A stretch of 17,888 nt of DNA from NCBI GenBank assembly GCA_043750125.1, contig JAYVCD010000201.1, positions 1 through 17,888 on the forward strand, in the 5' to 3' direction. Made by a program: the position numbers and the translations under genes. The notes below the pieces were generated by a model that did not search any database, was not told the DNA's origin, and saw only the letters and a program-made list of their open reading frames with translations. This DNA is from Archangiaceae bacterium (lineage in GTDB: Bacteria; Myxococcota; Myxococcia; Myxococcales; Myxococcaceae). Shown here in pieces: positions 16,099-17,888 of this stretch. Every line of letters begins with the position of its first letter. Position 1 is the stretch's first letter.

Positions 16099-17492
16099 GG
16101 CTCGCTCGGCTCGTCTTCGGGTTCTTTCGGTTCGGCAATGGGTTCCGCCCGTGGCTTTGGAAGTGACTTCGGCGCAGGGGCCGCCGGCTTCGGCGGAGGT
16201 TTGATCTGCGCGCGCGCCAACCTTCCCTGCTTCGAGAGCATCTTGCCCAGGGTGAACTCGAGCCCCAGATCACTGTCCTCGTCGCACATTCGCGAGTTGC
16301 CGACGAACAACTGGGGCGTCAGCACCGGAATCGCGTTCGCCACCGCCCAGCGCAGACTCTTGGTGAGATTGCTCTTCACCAACGTCCCACCGAGGCAGCC
16401 TTTCACCTTCGGGAAGGTGTTCTCGATCTTCGCCCGCAGCGCGCCTTCGTCCTTTGCGGCCAGCTCGCGCAGCTTTTCCTGATTCTTGAAGGCCCATTTC
16501 AAGACCGCCTGAGCGGACTTCTCGTCCTTCGACCCGTTGCCCACCCCGCCTGCACAAAGAATGGCCTCGCTCACCGCGCAGGCGCCCGGGTGAAGCGCCT
16601 CGGTCACCATCCAGTTGCAGGTGGGATCGAGCGGAAACAGCACCGCCTTCAGCTCGAGCCGGTCTCGAAGCGTGCTCGTGCCCAGCCGTTCGTCGAACGC
16701 TTTGCAGGCCGGGCACAGCGGGTCGAGCACCTCGATCGCCGCTTCCCCCTCACCCGAGGGCAGGGGGATCATCACCGCGTTGGGATCTTCTTTGCTCACC
16801 AGCGTTCCGCACCCCGTGAGCGAGGTCTTCAAATCGGCCGCAGGAGTGAAGAGCAGGTACGTCATCGTCAGCACCGCGACGAACGCCACGCCTTCGCCGA
16901 ACCAGAGCGCGAACTTGTTCCGCGAGGACAGGCCGTCGGCCGGCTCGGGATTCTTCCGGTGGGCGATCAACGCCCCGATGAAAACGAGCGCGCTCGAGAC
17001 ATAGATTCCCACACAGACCTTGCAGGTCGAGCCCACCTTCGCGACGGACAAGAACGCGTAGATGACGCTCATCAACAGCGGCAGCGCAGTCGCGGCCAGC
17101 AGAAACAGCGTCTGTGCGCGCGAGGGTCGCCCGTTCCACAACAACACTCCCGCCCGGTAGGCGAGGAAGCAGAAGGTCGCCAGCGCCCAGAGGCTGACCG
17201 GAACTCCTCCCCACACGCTCTCGCGAAAGAACGAGCTGTAGGGGCTCATCATCACCGCCTTGCAACCGTTCTCACCCAGGTCTCGACCGGCGCCGGGAAT
17301 GAATGAGCAATGAATGGCATGCACCTGGCGATCGAGGTGCTGCATGAAGTCGCTGGTGCTCAGCGCGGCGAACACCGAGCCGAGCAGCGCGCCGACGAGC
17401 GTGACGATCAGCGGCCCGCGTGTCGCCGCAGCGCCGTACGGGTGCGGGTCCAGTTCTTCGTCGAGAGGCTGGCTCTCGTCGGGTGGTTGCAT
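16095..17492 (-). CDS. VKOR family protein fused to a C-terminal DsbA-like thioredoxin domain
   Basis: VKOR loop Cys pair (IHCSF, NGCKAVMMSPYS), TM helices and CKVC active site; Trx domain DPLCPAC, FPLDPTCN...HPGAC and cis-Pro TPQLFV. Start ATG 17492 preferred (ORF track extends to 17528). Confidence 0.88.
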   Translation of the reverse strand: MQPPDESQPLDEELDPHPYGAAATRGPLIVTLVGALLGSVFAALSTSDFMQHLDRQVHAIHCSFIPGAGRDLGENGCKAVMMSPYSSFFRESVWGGVPVSLWALATFCFLAYRAGVLLWNGRPSRAQTLFLLAATALPLLMSVIYAFLSVAKVGSTCKVCVGIYVSSALVFIGALIAHRKNPEPADGLSSRNKFALWFGEGVAFVAVLTMTYLLFTPAADLKTSLTGCGTLVSKEDPNAVMIPLPSGEGEAAIEVLDPLCPACKAFDERLGTSTLRDRLELKAVLFPLDPTCNWMVTEALHPGACAVSEAILCAGGVGNGSKDEKSAQAVLKWAFKNQEKLRELAAKDEGALRAKIENTFPKVKGCLGGTLVKSNLTKSLRWAVANAIPVLTPQLFVGNSRMCDEDSDLGLEFTLGKMLSKQGRLARAQIKPPPKPAAPAPKSLPKPRAEPIAEPKEPEDEPSEP

Positions 17493-17555
17493 GGGCGCGT
17501 CGTACCATTGCCAAGCCTTCGGGAGCACGCCGCATGAGACAGAAGGCCATCGGCC

Positions 17556-17888
17556 CTAAGAGAATTCCAGTCGCGACAAGGCCCACTGCGCGGCCTCGCG
17601 CACGCGGGGGCTCTCGTCGAGGGTCAGCTGCTGCAGCACGTCGCGAGCGCTCGCATCTCTGGCCGCGCCCAGCGCATACGCCGCATTTCGTTTGAGCCCC
17701 ACGTATTTTGCGCGAACCATCGGAGTCCCCGGAGCCAGGGTGGCGTATTGCTCGGGGCTCATCGCCGCGAGTTGCTTCACCGTCAGCCCCGAGATCGGCC
17801 GGGGCGCGAAACGTTCCTGCGCCATCACCGGCGCCTGGTTCAGCGGGCACACGTCCTGACAAATGTCGCAGCCGAAGACGAGCTCTTC
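17556..17888 (-). CDS. queG: Epoxyqueuosine reductase, C-terminal part (5'-truncated by the window edge)
   Basis: Frame open from the right edge: EELVFGCDICQDVCPLN (4Fe-4S motif), GTPMVRAKYVGLKRNAAYALG, HEAT-like SPRVREAAQWAL. Confidence 0.92.
   Translation of the reverse strand, partial: EELVFGCDICQDVCPLNQAPVMAQERFAPRPISGLTVKQLAAMSPEQYATLAPGTPMVRAKYVGLKRNAAYALGAARDASARDVLQQLTLDESPRVREAAQWALSRLEFS

Overview
GC-rich bacterial window, most consistent with Myxococcota (inferred from gene families and order). Left half (1-9529) is a tightly packed minus-strand housekeeping run: mutM, mce, a ~611-aa TIGR04551-like outer-membrane beta-barrel, a hidden 42-aa LptM/LppL-like lipoprotein, lysA, dapA, dapB, an FAH-family hydrolase, folK, an orphan cytoplasmic histidine kinase, and an exported TPR protein that runs off the left edge (absent from the ORF track). 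The middle (9530-14750) is accessory. It holds a half-size GyrI-like protein behind a candidate sigma54 promoter, a secreted Cys-hairpin/KE-repeat protein, a MopE-repeat lipoprotein, a collapsed gene remnant that keeps its promoter, RBS and terminator, an intact beta-carbonic anhydrase, and a DesK/DesR-like two-component pair broken by two frameshifts and two deletions. The right end carries an overlapping minus-strand module (VKOR-DsbA fusion, Cys-rich OmpA-like protein, TlpA-like lipoprotein) behind the 3' end of queG; this is the best candidate for an undescribed envelope thiol-redox system. No RNA genes, CRISPR arrays or mobile elements were recognised. All family calls come from reading motifs by eye, not from database searches.
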